From an uncultured Chromatiales bacterium (GTDB lineage Bacteria > Pseudomonadota > Gammaproteobacteria > Steroidobacterales > BM003), in NCBI GenBank assembly GCA_937128475.1, contig CAKZML010000081.1, positions 409 through 64,408 of the forward strand: a DNA stretch of 64,000 nucleotides. The letters are read 5' to 3'. The position numbers and the translations under genes were made by a program. The notes under the pieces are model-generated. The model had not been told where the DNA came from and made no database searches. It saw only the letters and a list, made by a program, of their open reading frames with translations. Of the stretch, positions 16,040 through 28,091 are shown in pieces; within the stretch, counting starts at the first letter, position 1, and each line of letters starts with the position of its first letter.

Positions 16040-16866
16040 AATCGTTACTACGCCTTGTTGTTCCGGCTGTCCTCGTGGCCGGCCTCGCGGCCTGCAGCAC
16101 AACGCCCCAGGTCGGCGACAGCGATAGCGCCCCAACCAAACAGGTTGATGTGTCGACGATTCCCGATGCCCAGGTTCGACACGAGCCACGTAGCGCGTAT
16201 GGCAATCCGCCAAACTACGAAGTCTTTGGCAAGCGTTACTACGTGATGGAAACCAACAAGGGCTTCAGCGAAACCGGCACCGCGTCCTGGTACGGCACCA
16301 AGTTCCACGGCAAGCGGACCTCCAGCGGCGAGCCTTACGACATGTACGCCATGACCGCTGCCCACAAGACCCTGCCCCTGCCAACCTATGTGCGGGTGAC
16401 AAATCTTGAAAACGAGCGTCAGATCGTGGTCAAGGTAAATGACCGCGGACCCTTCGTCGGTGATCGCATCATTGATCTCTCCTACACGGCCGCCATCAAG
16501 CTGGACATGACCACCAAGGGCACTGCCAGGGTCTTTATCGAAACTTTGCTGCCAAACGACCCCGCCCTGAAAGGCGCTGAACTGCCGCCGCCGGTGACCC
16601 AGGAAGAGCCCCCTGCCATGGCGGCCTCAGGCGAGGCAGTGATGTTTATCCAGGTAGGCGCATTCGGGACTGCGGAAAACGCGGCCCGACTGGAGCTGAT
16701 CCTGCAAGAACTGGGCTTCCCCACCGTGGTACGCATCACGGGTGAGGGAGAAGCCAATATTTACCGGGTCAGGGTCGGTCCACTGGCGGATCAAGCCGGT
16801 TTTGACAGCGCCATGACCCGACTCCGAGAGCTCAACTACACCGATATTCACATGGCCCTGGAGTAA
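16036..16866 (+). CDS. rlpA: Septal-ring lytic transglycosylase RlpA (lipoprotein with C-terminal SPOR domain)
   Basis: Lipobox LAAC, a DPBB domain (GTASWYGTKFHGKRTSSGEPYDMYAMTAAHKTLPLPTYVRVTN), and a SPOR-like C-terminus (FIQVGAF...YRVRVGP). ATGA overlap with mltB. Confidence 0.88.
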   Translation: MKSLLRLVVPAVLVAGLAACSTTPQVGDSDSAPTKQVDVSTIPDAQVRHEPRSAYGNPPNYEVFGKRYYVMETNKGFSETGTASWYGTKFHGKRTSSGEPYDMYAMTAAHKTLPLPTYVRVTNLENERQIVVKVNDRGPFVGDRIIDLSYTAAIKLDMTTKGTARVFIETLLPNDPALKGAELPPPVTQEEPPAMAASGEAVMFIQVGAFGTAENAARLELILQELGFPTVVRITGEGEANIYRVRVGPLADQAGFDSAMTRLRELNYTDIHMALE

Positions 16867-16911
16867 TCCACGGCACCGCCAACACTGACAGAAATATCCC
16901 CGGCGGTTAGA

Positions 16912-18111
16912 ATGTCCCCTTTTCGCCAACCCGCAATGGCCCAGATACTCCCCATGCAGCTGATTTCAAAAATCCTGAGACTAATACCCGTTCTCACAGG
17001 CCTTTGCGCCTTGTCCCTGGCCCAGGCTCAAACGCCACTGCCACCCATTCCTGATCCGCCCAGCGTAGACGCACGCGGTTACCTGCTGATAGAGCAAAGC
17101 TCCGGCCAGATCCTGGCTAGCAAAAACGCTGACGAGCCCCTGGAGCCCGCCAGCCTGACCAAGCTGATGACCGCCTATGTGCTGTTCCACGAACTGGCAT
17201 CGGGCAAAGTTCAGCTTAGCGACATGGTCACCGTCAGCGAGAAAGCCTGGCGCACCCAGGGTTCGCGCATGTTCATCGAGGTGGGCAAACAAGTTTCCGT
17301 GGAAGACCTGATGCAAGGCATGATCGTGCAGTCCGGTAACGACGCCAGTGTCGCCCTGGCTGAACACGTGGGCGGCTCCGAGACCACCTTTGCCGCGATG
17401 ATGAATGAATACGCCAGTCGGCTTGGAATGACCAAGACGCAATTCAACAACGCCACCGGACTGCCCACTGAGAACCACATCACCACCGCCACCGACATTG
17501 GCAAGCTGGCCCGGGCAATCATTGCCGAGTTTCCCCAGTACTACGGCTGGTATTCGCAGAAATCCTTCCGCTACAACGGCATCAGCCAGAACAATCGCAA
17601 TGCATTGTTGTGGCGACTGGACTGGGTGGATGGCCTGAAAACCGGCATGACCGATGCCGCGGGTTACTGCCTGGTTTCCTCGGGCGAACAGCGAGGCATG
17701 CGCCTGGTGTCGGTGATCATGGGTTCCTCCAGTTCCAAGTCGCGAGCCAATGCGAGCCAGGCACTGCTGGGCTATGGCTTCCGCTTCTACGAACGTCACC
17801 AGTTATTCGAGCAGGACACGCCGATTACCAAGGCACGAGTCTGGAAAGGCGAATTTGAGCAGGTCGAACTTGGCCTGAGCAAGCCGCTTTCCGCGGTGGT
17901 GCCCACCGGGCGTCGCGAGTTGCTCAGCGCAGAGATGGACTTGAACGACAACATCATGGCGCCGGTCAGCACCAGCCAGGAGCTCGGCCAGGTGCGCATC
18001 ATGCTGGACGGTGAAGTCATCGCACGGGAACCCCTGCACGCCCTGCGTGATGTGCCCGAAGGCGGTTTCTTCAGCCGTATGCTGGATGAAATCCAGCTGT
18101 GGTTCGAATAG
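16912..18111 (+). CDS. D-alanyl-D-alanine carboxypeptidase (PBP5/6 family)
   Basis: Signal peptide, an SxxK motif (ASLTKLMT), SGN (QSGNDAS) and KTG (LKTGMT). The start is ambiguous between 16912, 16936 and 16954. Confidence 0.88.
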   Translation: MSPFRQPAMAQILPMQLISKILRLIPVLTGLCALSLAQAQTPLPPIPDPPSVDARGYLLIEQSSGQILASKNADEPLEPASLTKLMTAYVLFHELASGKVQLSDMVTVSEKAWRTQGSRMFIEVGKQVSVEDLMQGMIVQSGNDASVALAEHVGGSETTFAAMMNEYASRLGMTKTQFNNATGLPTENHITTATDIGKLARAIIAEFPQYYGWYSQKSFRYNGISQNNRNALLWRLDWVDGLKTGMTDAAGYCLVSSGEQRGMRLVSVIMGSSSSKSRANASQALLGYGFRFYERHQLFEQDTPITKARVWKGEFEQVELGLSKPLSAVVPTGRRELLSAEMDLNDNIMAPVSTSQELGQVRIMLDGEVIAREPLHALRDVPEGGFFSRMLDEIQLWFE

Positions 18112-18123
18112 CTCCCCGGAATC

Positions 18124-18990
18124 ATGGCGCCTTCCATGACAATCGGTTACCTGAATGGTGAATTCGCGGATCTCGCGAGCCTGCGTATACCCGTCCTGGA
18201 CAGGGGATTCCTGTTCGGCGACGCGGTCTACGAAGTCATCCCTGTTTACCAGGGCCGGCCCTTCCGCAGTGAATTTCATTACCAACGCCTGCAGCGCAGC
18301 CTGGCCCAGATTCACATGGATGCCGTGCTGGATCGGGAACACTGGGACTCACTGGTCCACGACCTGATCGAACGCAATGGTGGCGGATCCATGGCGGTAT
18401 ACCTGCAGATCAGCCGGGGCGCTGAAAGCGTTCGTAATCACCTCATCCCCAAGGGCCTGGCACCCACCGTGTTTGGCATGACCGCGGCCTTGAAAAGTCG
18501 CAGCCCGGAAGTACTTGAGCGCGGCCTGCAGGTCATCACCCGTGAGGACACCCGCTGGGACCGTTGCGACATCAAGAGCACCTCCTTGCTGGCGAACATC
18601 CTGCTGTACTCGGAAGCTCACGAGCAGCATGCCCAGGAGTGCCTGCTGCATCGGGAAGGTCAGCTGACCGAGGGTTCCTCGAGCAGTGTATTCGTGGTGA
18701 GAAATGGCCGGATCTACGCGCCACCCTATGGCCCGGAAATTTTGCCCGGCACCACCCGGGACCTGGTTGCAGAACTGTGCGAAGCCAACGGCACGCCGGT
18801 CAGGGTAGGACCCATCGACATGTTGGAACTCGCCGACGCAGACGAAATCTGGCTGGCCAGCGCAACCCGTGAACTGCTCCCGGTAACCCGGGTTGATGGA
18901 CATGCGGTGGGTGACGGACACCCGGGCCCGCTGTGGCGTGCCATTGATACCCGCTTCCAGGAATACAAGCAGGAGAGCGCCAATGACTAA
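18124..18990 (+). CDS. dat: Class IV (fold-type IV) aminotransferase, D-amino-acid transaminase-like
   Basis: 288 aa. RGFLFGDAVYEVIPVY, CDIKSTSLLANIL and TEGSSSSVFVV resemble D-alanine aminotransferase. PabC or IlvE cannot be fully excluded by eye. Confidence 0.65.
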   Translation: MAPSMTIGYLNGEFADLASLRIPVLDRGFLFGDAVYEVIPVYQGRPFRSEFHYQRLQRSLAQIHMDAVLDREHWDSLVHDLIERNGGGSMAVYLQISRGAESVRNHLIPKGLAPTVFGMTAALKSRSPEVLERGLQVITREDTRWDRCDIKSTSLLANILLYSEAHEQHAQECLLHREGQLTEGSSSSVFVVRNGRIYAPPYGPEILPGTTRDLVAELCEANGTPVRVGPIDMLELADADEIWLASATRELLPVTRVDGHAVGDGHPGPLWRAIDTRFQEYKQESAND

Positions 18991-19246
18991 AGAAACCCTG
19001 ATGGAATTTCCCTGTGAATTCCCCATCAAGGTGATGGGCGAGGACAGTGCGGAATTTCGCCTGATAGCCAGGCAGATTGTTGAAACCCATACCGGCACAC
19101 TGGAAAGCTCACGGGTAACGGAACGACACAGCACCCAGGGACGTTACCTTGCCCTGACCTTCACCGTTTCGGCGAATAACCAGCAGCAACTGGATTCGAT
19201 TTATCGAGCCCTGACTGCCTGCGAACTCGTGAAGATGGCGCTCTAG
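18983..19246 (+). CDS. ybeD: YbeD/UPF0250 family protein
   Basis: Trimmed to MTKETLMEFPCEFPIKVMG... (87 aa). ATGA overlap with the upstream stop, and the conserved position immediately upstream of lipB. Confidence 0.8.
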   Translation: MTKETLMEFPCEFPIKVMGEDSAEFRLIARQIVETHTGTLESSRVTERHSTQGRYLALTFTVSANNQQQLDSIYRALTACELVKMAL

Positions 19247-19252
19247 TCGACC

Positions 19253-21613
<2,361 letters not shown>

Positions 21614-21662
21614 TTAGGAAAATTGAAGGCACTGGGCGAGTGTGCCATTGTAGCGAGCTTTG

Positions 21663-23849
21663 ATGAAAACCATACCTCAGCTGATCCTCCTGATACTTAC
21701 TCTATTGCCCGCCATGGCAATGGCGGACGGGGATGTATGTGGCGTATACGGGCAAATTGATGACCCGAATCTTCAGCCTGACGAAACCTGGCCGACCTTA
21801 CCCCAAGATGCCATAGAAATCACCGCCGACCACGCCGAAATCAATCGCAGCGGCGAAGGCGAAGTCAGCGGCAACGTCCGCCTGAGGCAGAACGACAAGG
21901 CCTTGCTGGCCGAACGCGCCCGGTTCAACACCGAAAACATGAGTTTTTCTCTCAGCGGCAACGTTCGCCTGGTAAGCCCGACCCTGGAACTGAGCGGCCA
22001 GAGCGCAAACTTTCTCAGCAGCCAAAGGACGGTCAATTTCTCCGACTCACAGTTTGTCCTGCCCGGAACCGGACGAGGCGCCGCGAAACGACTGGATGCA
22101 CCAGAAAAAGGCATCATCAAACTTGACGACGTAAGCTTTACAACCTGCCCTCCGGGCAATGATGACTGGCTGTTGGAAGCCGATCGCATCAGCCTGGATC
22201 GCGAAGGTGGCAGCGGTGTAGCCAGGGGGGCGCGCTTTCGTTTTAAGGGGGTACCCATTTTGTACACCCCGGCGTTCTCATTCCCCTTGAACGATGCACG
22301 CAAAACCGGCTTGCTGGTGCCAAGAATTGGCAGCTCTTCGCGAACCGGTTCGGAAGTGGAAATCCCGTTCTACCTGAACCTGGCACCTAACTACGATTTC
22401 ACATTCACCCCCAACCTGATGAGCAAACGGGGTGTGCTGTGGCAAAACCAGTTCCGCTATCTAACCGAGAAGAACTCAGGAAGCCTGGAACTGGATTACC
22501 TGCCTAGCGACAAGGTGACCGGCGACGATCGAATTCTTGGCAAGGCCTATCACCAGACTCGCTGGCAAAGTGGCTGGTGGGCAACCCTGGATGCCAGCAA
22601 CGTATCGGACAGCAATTATTTCGAGGACCTGGGCGGCGGCATAGGCCTGACCAGCCAGACCCAGCTTGAGCAAAACCTGCAGATGGAATACAACGGCAGA
22701 AACTGGTCGCTGCTGGCACGGGTGCAGAACTTCCAGACCATTGATGACAGCATTACCGACGAGCAGAAACCGTATACCCGGGCGCCCCAATTGATGGCCC
22801 GTGGATATTGGCCGGACCTCATGCTGGGACTCTCAGCAGGACTGGATTCGGAACTGGTGCGGTTTGAACGCAACCTGGGGGTCACCGGCACCCGCCTTAA
22901 CGTGGTGCCCCGGCTGAGCCTGCCATTGGGCAATCCCGGTATTTACCTGACACCCACCCTGGAGTGGGAGTTCACCGGCTATACCCTGGAAAACACCTTA
23001 CCCGGCGAAGAAACCAATCCCAGCCGTAATACGCCTATATTCAGCCTGGACAGCGGCCTGGTGCTGGATCGATACACCGGCGGAAAACGCAATCTGATTT
23101 CTACCCTCGAACCCCGGATGCAGTACGTCTACATCCCCTACAAGAGGCAGGATGATCTGCCGATATTCGACACCGGTGTCCCGGATTTCAACCTGGTGCA
23201 GCTGTTTCGCCAGGACCGTTTCGCCGGACCTGACAGGGTGGGCGACACCAACCACCTTGGCGCCGGCTTGACCTCTCGCCTGCTTGACCCGGACAATGGT
23301 CGCCAGTATCTTTCAGCCACGATTGGCGGACAGTACTACTTTGAAAATCAAAGAGTTACTCTTCCTGGTGTGACGCCTGAGGAGCGCAACAGCTCGGATT
23401 TGTTTGCCGAGCTTGATTTTGGCTTCTTTAATCGCTGGAGCCTTGGGCTGGCAACACAATGGCAGCCAACGGAACGCGTCAGCCAAAAAAATGTCGTACG
23501 AATACAGTACAAGCCAAAAGACGACAGGGTAATCAATCTCGGCTACCGAATGCAGAGAGATGAACTGGAACAAACCGACTTGTCCTTTTCCTGGCCCGTG
23601 GGTCAGAACTGGAACGCGGTAGGGCGCTGGAATTACTCTCTGCCCGACGGGAAGACCCTGGATAGCCTGGTCGGCCTGGAATACGAAAGTTGCTGCTGGG
23701 CGATACGCCTGGTGACAAGACGCTATATAGCCTCCCGCTCAGGCGACCGTGACAGTTCCATCATGTTGCAGTTCAACTTCAAGGGACTAAGCAACCTGGG
23801 TTCCCCGGTTGAAAAGGTCCTCGCCATGGGCATACTTGGATACGAATAG
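21663..23849 (+). CDS. lptD: LPS-assembly outer-membrane protein LptD
   Basis: About 728 aa, with a signal peptide (MKTIPQLILLILTLLPAMAMA), an OstA-like N-terminal domain and a large beta-barrel part. The lptD-surA-pdxA-ksgA-apaG-apaH synteny is present. The track start at 21660 is a TTG one codon upstream. Confidence 0.9.
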   Translation: MKTIPQLILLILTLLPAMAMADGDVCGVYGQIDDPNLQPDETWPTLPQDAIEITADHAEINRSGEGEVSGNVRLRQNDKALLAERARFNTENMSFSLSGNVRLVSPTLELSGQSANFLSSQRTVNFSDSQFVLPGTGRGAAKRLDAPEKGIIKLDDVSFTTCPPGNDDWLLEADRISLDREGGSGVARGARFRFKGVPILYTPAFSFPLNDARKTGLLVPRIGSSSRTGSEVEIPFYLNLAPNYDFTFTPNLMSKRGVLWQNQFRYLTEKNSGSLELDYLPSDKVTGDDRILGKAYHQTRWQSGWWATLDASNVSDSNYFEDLGGGIGLTSQTQLEQNLQMEYNGRNWSLLARVQNFQTIDDSITDEQKPYTRAPQLMARGYWPDLMLGLSAGLDSELVRFERNLGVTGTRLNVVPRLSLPLGNPGIYLTPTLEWEFTGYTLENTLPGEETNPSRNTPIFSLDSGLVLDRYTGGKRNLISTLEPRMQYVYIPYKRQDDLPIFDTGVPDFNLVQLFRQDRFAGPDRVGDTNHLGAGLTSRLLDPDNGRQYLSATIGGQYYFENQRVTLPGVTPEERNSSDLFAELDFGFFNRWSLGLATQWQPTERVSQKNVVRIQYKPKDDRVINLGYRMQRDELEQTDLSFSWPVGQNWNAVGRWNYSLPDGKTLDSLVGLEYESCCWAIRLVTRRYIASRSGDRDSSIMLQFNFKGLSNLGSPVEKVLAMGILGYE

Positions 23850-23858
23850 GAAACTGAT

Positions 23859-25184
23859 TTGGACATTATGAAAATTCGATACCCGCTGTTTGCATTGCTG
23901 ATGATTGCAGCATCATTGCTGACCATTGCCCCAGTCCACGCCCAAACTCGTGAAATCAGTACCTCGGGCGAACTCCTGGATCGCGTCGTTGCCCAGGTGG
24001 ATGAGGGCGTGGTGCTACAAAGCGAACTTGACTCCCAGATGACGATGATCTCCCAGCGACTGATCGAACAGGGTGTTGAGTTACCCCCGGACAGCGTTCT
24101 TCGCCAGCAGGTACTGGAGCGCCTGGTGCTGACCGAAATCCAGATGCAGCGCGCCAACGACCTGGACATCCGGGTGTCCGACGAACAGCTAAATGGCGCA
24201 CTGGTCAACGTGGCCAGCCGCCACAACATTCCGTTCAACGACCTGCCAGCGGTTCTTGCTGCCGAGGGCATTGAATATGGCGCTTACCGCGAGGAAATGC
24301 GCCGGGAAATGATCATGGGCCAGCTGCGCCAGCGCGATGTGGAGTCGCGGGTGAATGTTACCCCCAGGGAACTGGATCAATACCTGGCGAAGCAGAGTGA
24401 GCGGCTGGATGCCAATGCCGAATATGAACTGGCCCACATCCTGATCAGCCTCCCCGGCAATGCCACGCCAGAACAGATCAAGACCGCCGAGACCAAGGCA
24501 CAGGATCTTTATCGCACACTGCTACAAGGTGCAGATTTCGGTCAGACTGCCGTTGCCTCATCCGAGTCCCGTGATGCGCTGGAAGGCGGCTATCTTGGCT
24601 GGCTGAAATCCGGTGAGGTTCCAACGCTGTTCGCAGATATCATCCCGACCCTGGGCAAGGGCCAGGTGTCTGAGCCAGTGCGCAGCGGCAGCGGTTACCA
24701 CCTCCTCAAGCTGATGGGGCTACGCGGCGTGGAGCCAGTGATCGTGCCCCAGATTCATACTCGACACATCCTGATTATGACCAACGAAATCCTGGACAGT
24801 GAATCCGCTCACAAGAAGCTTCAAGATATTCGCAAGCGGATTGTCGAGGACGGTGAGGATTTTGGCGCCGTGGCAAAAGCTATTTCAGATGATCCGGGAT
24901 CGGCCGCCGAGGGCGGAGACCTGGGCTGGGCAACTCGCGGACGGTTCGTGAAGGACTTTGAAGATGTTGCCGACACCCTGGAAGAAAATGAGATCAGCGA
25001 GCCATTCAAAACCCAGTTCGGCTGGCACATCCTGCAGTTGCTGGGTAAACGCCAGCACGACAGTACCGCCGAGAACCGTCGTAACCAGGCCTTCCAGGCA
25101 CTGCGTCAGCGTAAGGTGGTCGAGCAAACTGAAATCTGGATGCGTCGCATAAGGGACGAGGCGTTCGTGGAGATCCGGCTCTAG
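23859..25184 (+). CDS. surA: Periplasmic chaperone / peptidyl-prolyl isomerase SurA
   Basis: 441 aa with a signal peptide and two parvulin-like domains (GGYLGW..., GGDLGW...). The start is TTG 23859 (AGGA 7 nt upstream) or ATG 23868. Confidence 0.9.
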   Translation: MDIMKIRYPLFALLMIAASLLTIAPVHAQTREISTSGELLDRVVAQVDEGVVLQSELDSQMTMISQRLIEQGVELPPDSVLRQQVLERLVLTEIQMQRANDLDIRVSDEQLNGALVNVASRHNIPFNDLPAVLAAEGIEYGAYREEMRREMIMGQLRQRDVESRVNVTPRELDQYLAKQSERLDANAEYELAHILISLPGNATPEQIKTAETKAQDLYRTLLQGADFGQTAVASSESRDALEGGYLGWLKSGEVPTLFADIIPTLGKGQVSEPVRSGSGYHLLKLMGLRGVEPVIVPQIHTRHILIMTNEILDSESAHKKLQDIRKRIVEDGEDFGAVAKAISDDPGSAAEGGDLGWATRGRFVKDFEDVADTLEENEISEPFKTQFGWHILQLLGKRQHDSTAENRRNQAFQALRQRKVVEQTEIWMRRIRDEAFVEIRL

Positions 25185-25207
25185 GGCCGGAATTAAGGGA
25201 GCTAGCT

Positions 25208-26197
25208 GTGGCCAGGCTGCCGGGACTGATACTCACCGCAGGGGAACCTGCGGGAATCGGCCCGGATCTTTGCCTGCAGCTTGCGGATCACTCCTGGCCC
25301 GCACGGCTCGCCGTGGCCGGCAATATGGACCTGCTCAGGCAACGCGCCCAGTTGCTGGGAATCAAGGTCACGCTCAAGGAATGCGACCTGGATAATCTCG
25401 TCGAGCATGAACCCGGCACCATACAGGTTCTGCATCGCCCGCTGGGATCACCGGTCATTGCCGGCAAACTCAATACCACCAACGCAGCCCACGTTTTGGG
25501 GTTACTGGACATAGCCAGCGACGCCTGCTCCTCGGGAAAGGCCGACGCCATGGTAACGGCGCCCTTGCAGAAAAGCGTTATCAACGATGCTGGAATTCCC
25601 TTCACCGGTCATACTGAATACCTGGCGGAACGCACCGGCGCCGCCATGCCGGTAATGCTGCTGAGCAGTGGCAAATTGAAGGTTGCCCTGGCTACAACTC
25701 ACCTGCCCCTTCGTGAAGTTGCCGATGCCATTACCGGCCCCTTGCTGGAACAAGTCCTGGAAGTCTTGCTGGCCGACCTGGAACACCGTTTCGGGATAGC
25801 CAAGCCACGCGTAATGGTCTGCGGTTTGAACCCCCACGCCGGGGAATCCGGTCACCTGGGCAAAGAGGAAGAAACCACCATCATTCCGGTGCTTGAGAAA
25901 CTCCGCGCCCGGGGTGCATCAATAATCGGCCCGGTACCTGCGGACACCGCCTTCACGCCGGCGCAACTGGCCCGCGCCGATGCGGTTCTGGCCATGTATC
26001 ACGACCAGGGTCTGCCGGTCATCAAGCACGCGGGCTTCGGCGAGGCCGTGAATGTCACACTGGGTCTGCCAATAATCCGCACCTCGGTGGATCATGGAAC
26101 CGCACTGGACCTGGCAGGGACCGGCAGGGCCAGCGCCACCAGCCTTGAGGCGGCCGTCCGGCTGGCTATAGAACTGGTTGCCCATTCCCGACACTGA
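25208..26197 (+). CDS. pdxA: 4-hydroxythreonine-4-phosphate dehydrogenase
   Basis: 329 aa, GTG start, with the motifs TAGEPAGIGPD, FTGHTEYL and GLNPHAGE. Confidence 0.92.
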   Translation: MARLPGLILTAGEPAGIGPDLCLQLADHSWPARLAVAGNMDLLRQRAQLLGIKVTLKECDLDNLVEHEPGTIQVLHRPLGSPVIAGKLNTTNAAHVLGLLDIASDACSSGKADAMVTAPLQKSVINDAGIPFTGHTEYLAERTGAAMPVMLLSSGKLKVALATTHLPLREVADAITGPLLEQVLEVLLADLEHRFGIAKPRVMVCGLNPHAGESGHLGKEEETTIIPVLEKLRARGASIIGPVPADTAFTPAQLARADAVLAMYHDQGLPVIKHAGFGEAVNVTLGLPIIRTSVDHGTALDLAGTGRASATSLEAAVRLAIELVAHSRH

Positions 26198-26377
26198 GGA
26201 CCGACGAGGTCATTTCAGCTCAAAGTGCCGTCCCCATCCTCGATCATCATAAAGAGTCCTTAATGGGGTGATATCATTGAACGCCTGGTTGAACTGCGGC
26301 TCTACCAGGCACAGACAGGCTATTTTCCAACCCGATAAACTGTCACTGATTTTCGAGAAGAGCAACGGTGCTGCCTG

Positions 26378-26444
26378 GGGATTCTCTGATTTATTCTGGG
26401 CTTAGCAGTCAAGAGACAGTTTCATGAATAAGTTAGAGACTCCC
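26378..26444 (+). repeat. Internally deleted copy (about 67 bp) of the MITE-like repeat family, retaining both termini
   Basis: GGGATTCTCTGATTTATTCTGGGC ... GTTTCATGAATAAGTTAGAGACTCCC matches the left end (GGAACCTCTGATTTATTCTGGGCGAAG) and right end (GAGTTCATGAATAAATCAGAGGCTCC) of the copies at 35829-35989 and 58452-58614. It ends 3 nt before the ksgA ATG. Confidence 0.7.
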
Positions 26445-26447
26445 TAG

Positions 26448-27239
26448 ATGCATCAACCAAGAAAACGCTTCGGTCAGCACTTCCTGCATGATCACCAGGT
26501 GATCGAGAAAATAATCAAGGCTATCGATCCCAAGCCGGAAGAACGCCTGGTAGAAATCGGACCCGGCCTGGGCGCCATCACCCTTCCCCTGCTGAAGAAG
26601 ATGGGCAAGCTCATGGCAGTGGAACTGGACCGGGACGTCATTCCTCACCTGACAAAGTCCGCAGCAGAGTTGGGCGAACTGACAATTTTCCAGGCGGATG
26701 CCCTGCGCTTTGATTACACGGAAATCGCGGGTACCGGTGACAAGCTGCGCTTGATCGGCAATCTTCCGTACAACATCTCAACCCCTCTGCTGTTCCATTT
26801 TCTTGAGCAAAAAGAGTGCGTGAAAGACATGCACTTCATGCTCCAGAAGGAAGTGGTTGACCGTATGGCCGCCGGTCCCGGCAGCAAGACCTTTGGTCGC
26901 TTGTCGGTAATGCTGCAGGCCTCGGCGAAAGTGGAACACTTGTTTGATATTGGTCGCGAGGCGTTCACCCCTCCTCCCAGGGTGGAATCCAGTTTCGTGC
27001 GCCTGGTGCCCTACGAGACCCCGCCATTTCAGATCAATGATCAGAAGGCGTTTGCACAACTCGTGGTCAGCGCATTTTCCCAACGACGCAAGACACTGCG
27101 CAACAGCCTGAAAAAATTGCTGGATGCAGACCAGATCGCCTCGACAGGCGTGGATCCCACCGCTCGTGCGGAAACTCTGGAACCTGAACAGTTCGCGAAA
27201 CTGGCTAATCTCCTGATTCCCGACCGGAAAGCGGATTGA
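26448..27239 (+). CDS. rsmA: 16S rRNA (adenine1518/1519-N6)-dimethyltransferase
   Basis: 263 aa, with RKRFGQHFLHD, EIGPGLGAIT and GNLPYNISTP. Confidence 0.93.
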   Translation: MHQPRKRFGQHFLHDHQVIEKIIKAIDPKPEERLVEIGPGLGAITLPLLKKMGKLMAVELDRDVIPHLTKSAAELGELTIFQADALRFDYTEIAGTGDKLRLIGNLPYNISTPLLFHFLEQKECVKDMHFMLQKEVVDRMAAGPGSKTFGRLSVMLQASAKVEHLFDIGREAFTPPPRVESSFVRLVPYETPPFQINDQKAFAQLVVSAFSQRRKTLRNSLKKLLDADQIASTGVDPTARAETLEPEQFAKLANLLIPDRKAD

Positions 27240-27276
27240 GCTATAATCGACGCGGACACAGAGGAAAATCAACGCT

Positions 27277-27702
27277 ATGTATAAGCAGATTCTTGTCGCA
27301 ATTGACCTTAGCGAAAACAGCGAACTGGTGATTCGACGCGCCAGTGCGGTGGCCGAGAAATTCGGCGCCCAGGTCCGTTTGTTGCACGTTGTCGAGTATG
27401 TTCCGATCGAACCCATGGGTGAGGCCCTGATGCCGGCCATGGAAATCGAACGGGACCTGGTTGCCAACGCGACACGCAACCTTGAAAAGCTCGCCGACAG
27501 GACTGGTCTTGCCGATGCGCCTCGTTCAGTAGAAGCGGGGAGCATTAAATCCGAGATCGTGCGCATCGCCGCTGAAAACTCGGCGGATCTGGTGGTACTG
27601 GGCAGCAAGGAACGACATGGCCTGGCAATACTAATCAATGCAACCGAAGACACGATCCTGCATAGCGCAAGCTGCGACGTGCTTGCGGTACGGTTGCCCT
27701 GA
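27277..27702 (+). CDS. Universal stress protein (UspA family)
   Basis: 141 aa. MYKQILVAIDLSENS... and the C-terminal LVVLGSKERHGL...SCDVLAVR are typical of the Usp fold. Confidence 0.85.
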   Translation: MYKQILVAIDLSENSELVIRRASAVAEKFGAQVRLLHVVEYVPIEPMGEALMPAMEIERDLVANATRNLEKLADRTGLADAPRSVEAGSIKSEIVRIAAENSADLVVLGSKERHGLAILINATEDTILHSASCDVLAVRLP

Positions 27703-27704
27703 GC

Positions 27705-28085
27705 GTGATGAACCCGGCGAATAACATCACGGTGGATGTCCAGAGCGAGTTTATCGAGGGACAGTCCAACCCGAAAGAAAAGCGCTACGTTTTCGCCTAC
27801 ACCATCACTATCGCCAATACCGGCACGGTTCCGGCGAAACTGCTCACCCGTCACTGGCTGATCACCGATGCCAACGGCGAAATCCAGGAAGTGCGTGGAG
27901 AGGGCGTGGTTGGCGCGCAACCCCACCTTAAACCGGGCCAGTCTTTTCGATATACCAGCGGTACGGTCATCGAGACCCCCGTCGGAGCCATGCAGGGTAG
28001 CTACCAGATGATTGCCGACAACGGCGAGGAGTTTGACGCTCTCATTGCACCCTTCTCCCTGGCTGTGCCGGGACTGGTGCACTGA
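27705..28085 (+). CDS. apaG: ApaG (DUF525) protein
   Basis: 126 aa, with YVFAYTITIANTG and RHWLITDANG...VRGEGVVG. Located upstream of apaH. Confidence 0.9.
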   Translation: MMNPANNITVDVQSEFIEGQSNPKEKRYVFAYTITIANTGTVPAKLLTRHWLITDANGEIQEVRGEGVVGAQPHLKPGQSFRYTSGTVIETPVGAMQGSYQMIADNGEEFDALIAPFSLAVPGLVH

Positions 28086-28091
28086 CCACCC

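Noticed and set aside
26778-28082. 434-aa minus-strand ORF spanning the ksgA 3' end, usp and apaG
   Set aside because: It is antisense to three well-supported genes. Its composition is Arg/Ser/Leu-rich, with no recognisable motifs. It crosses two intergenic spacers only by chance absence of stop codons.
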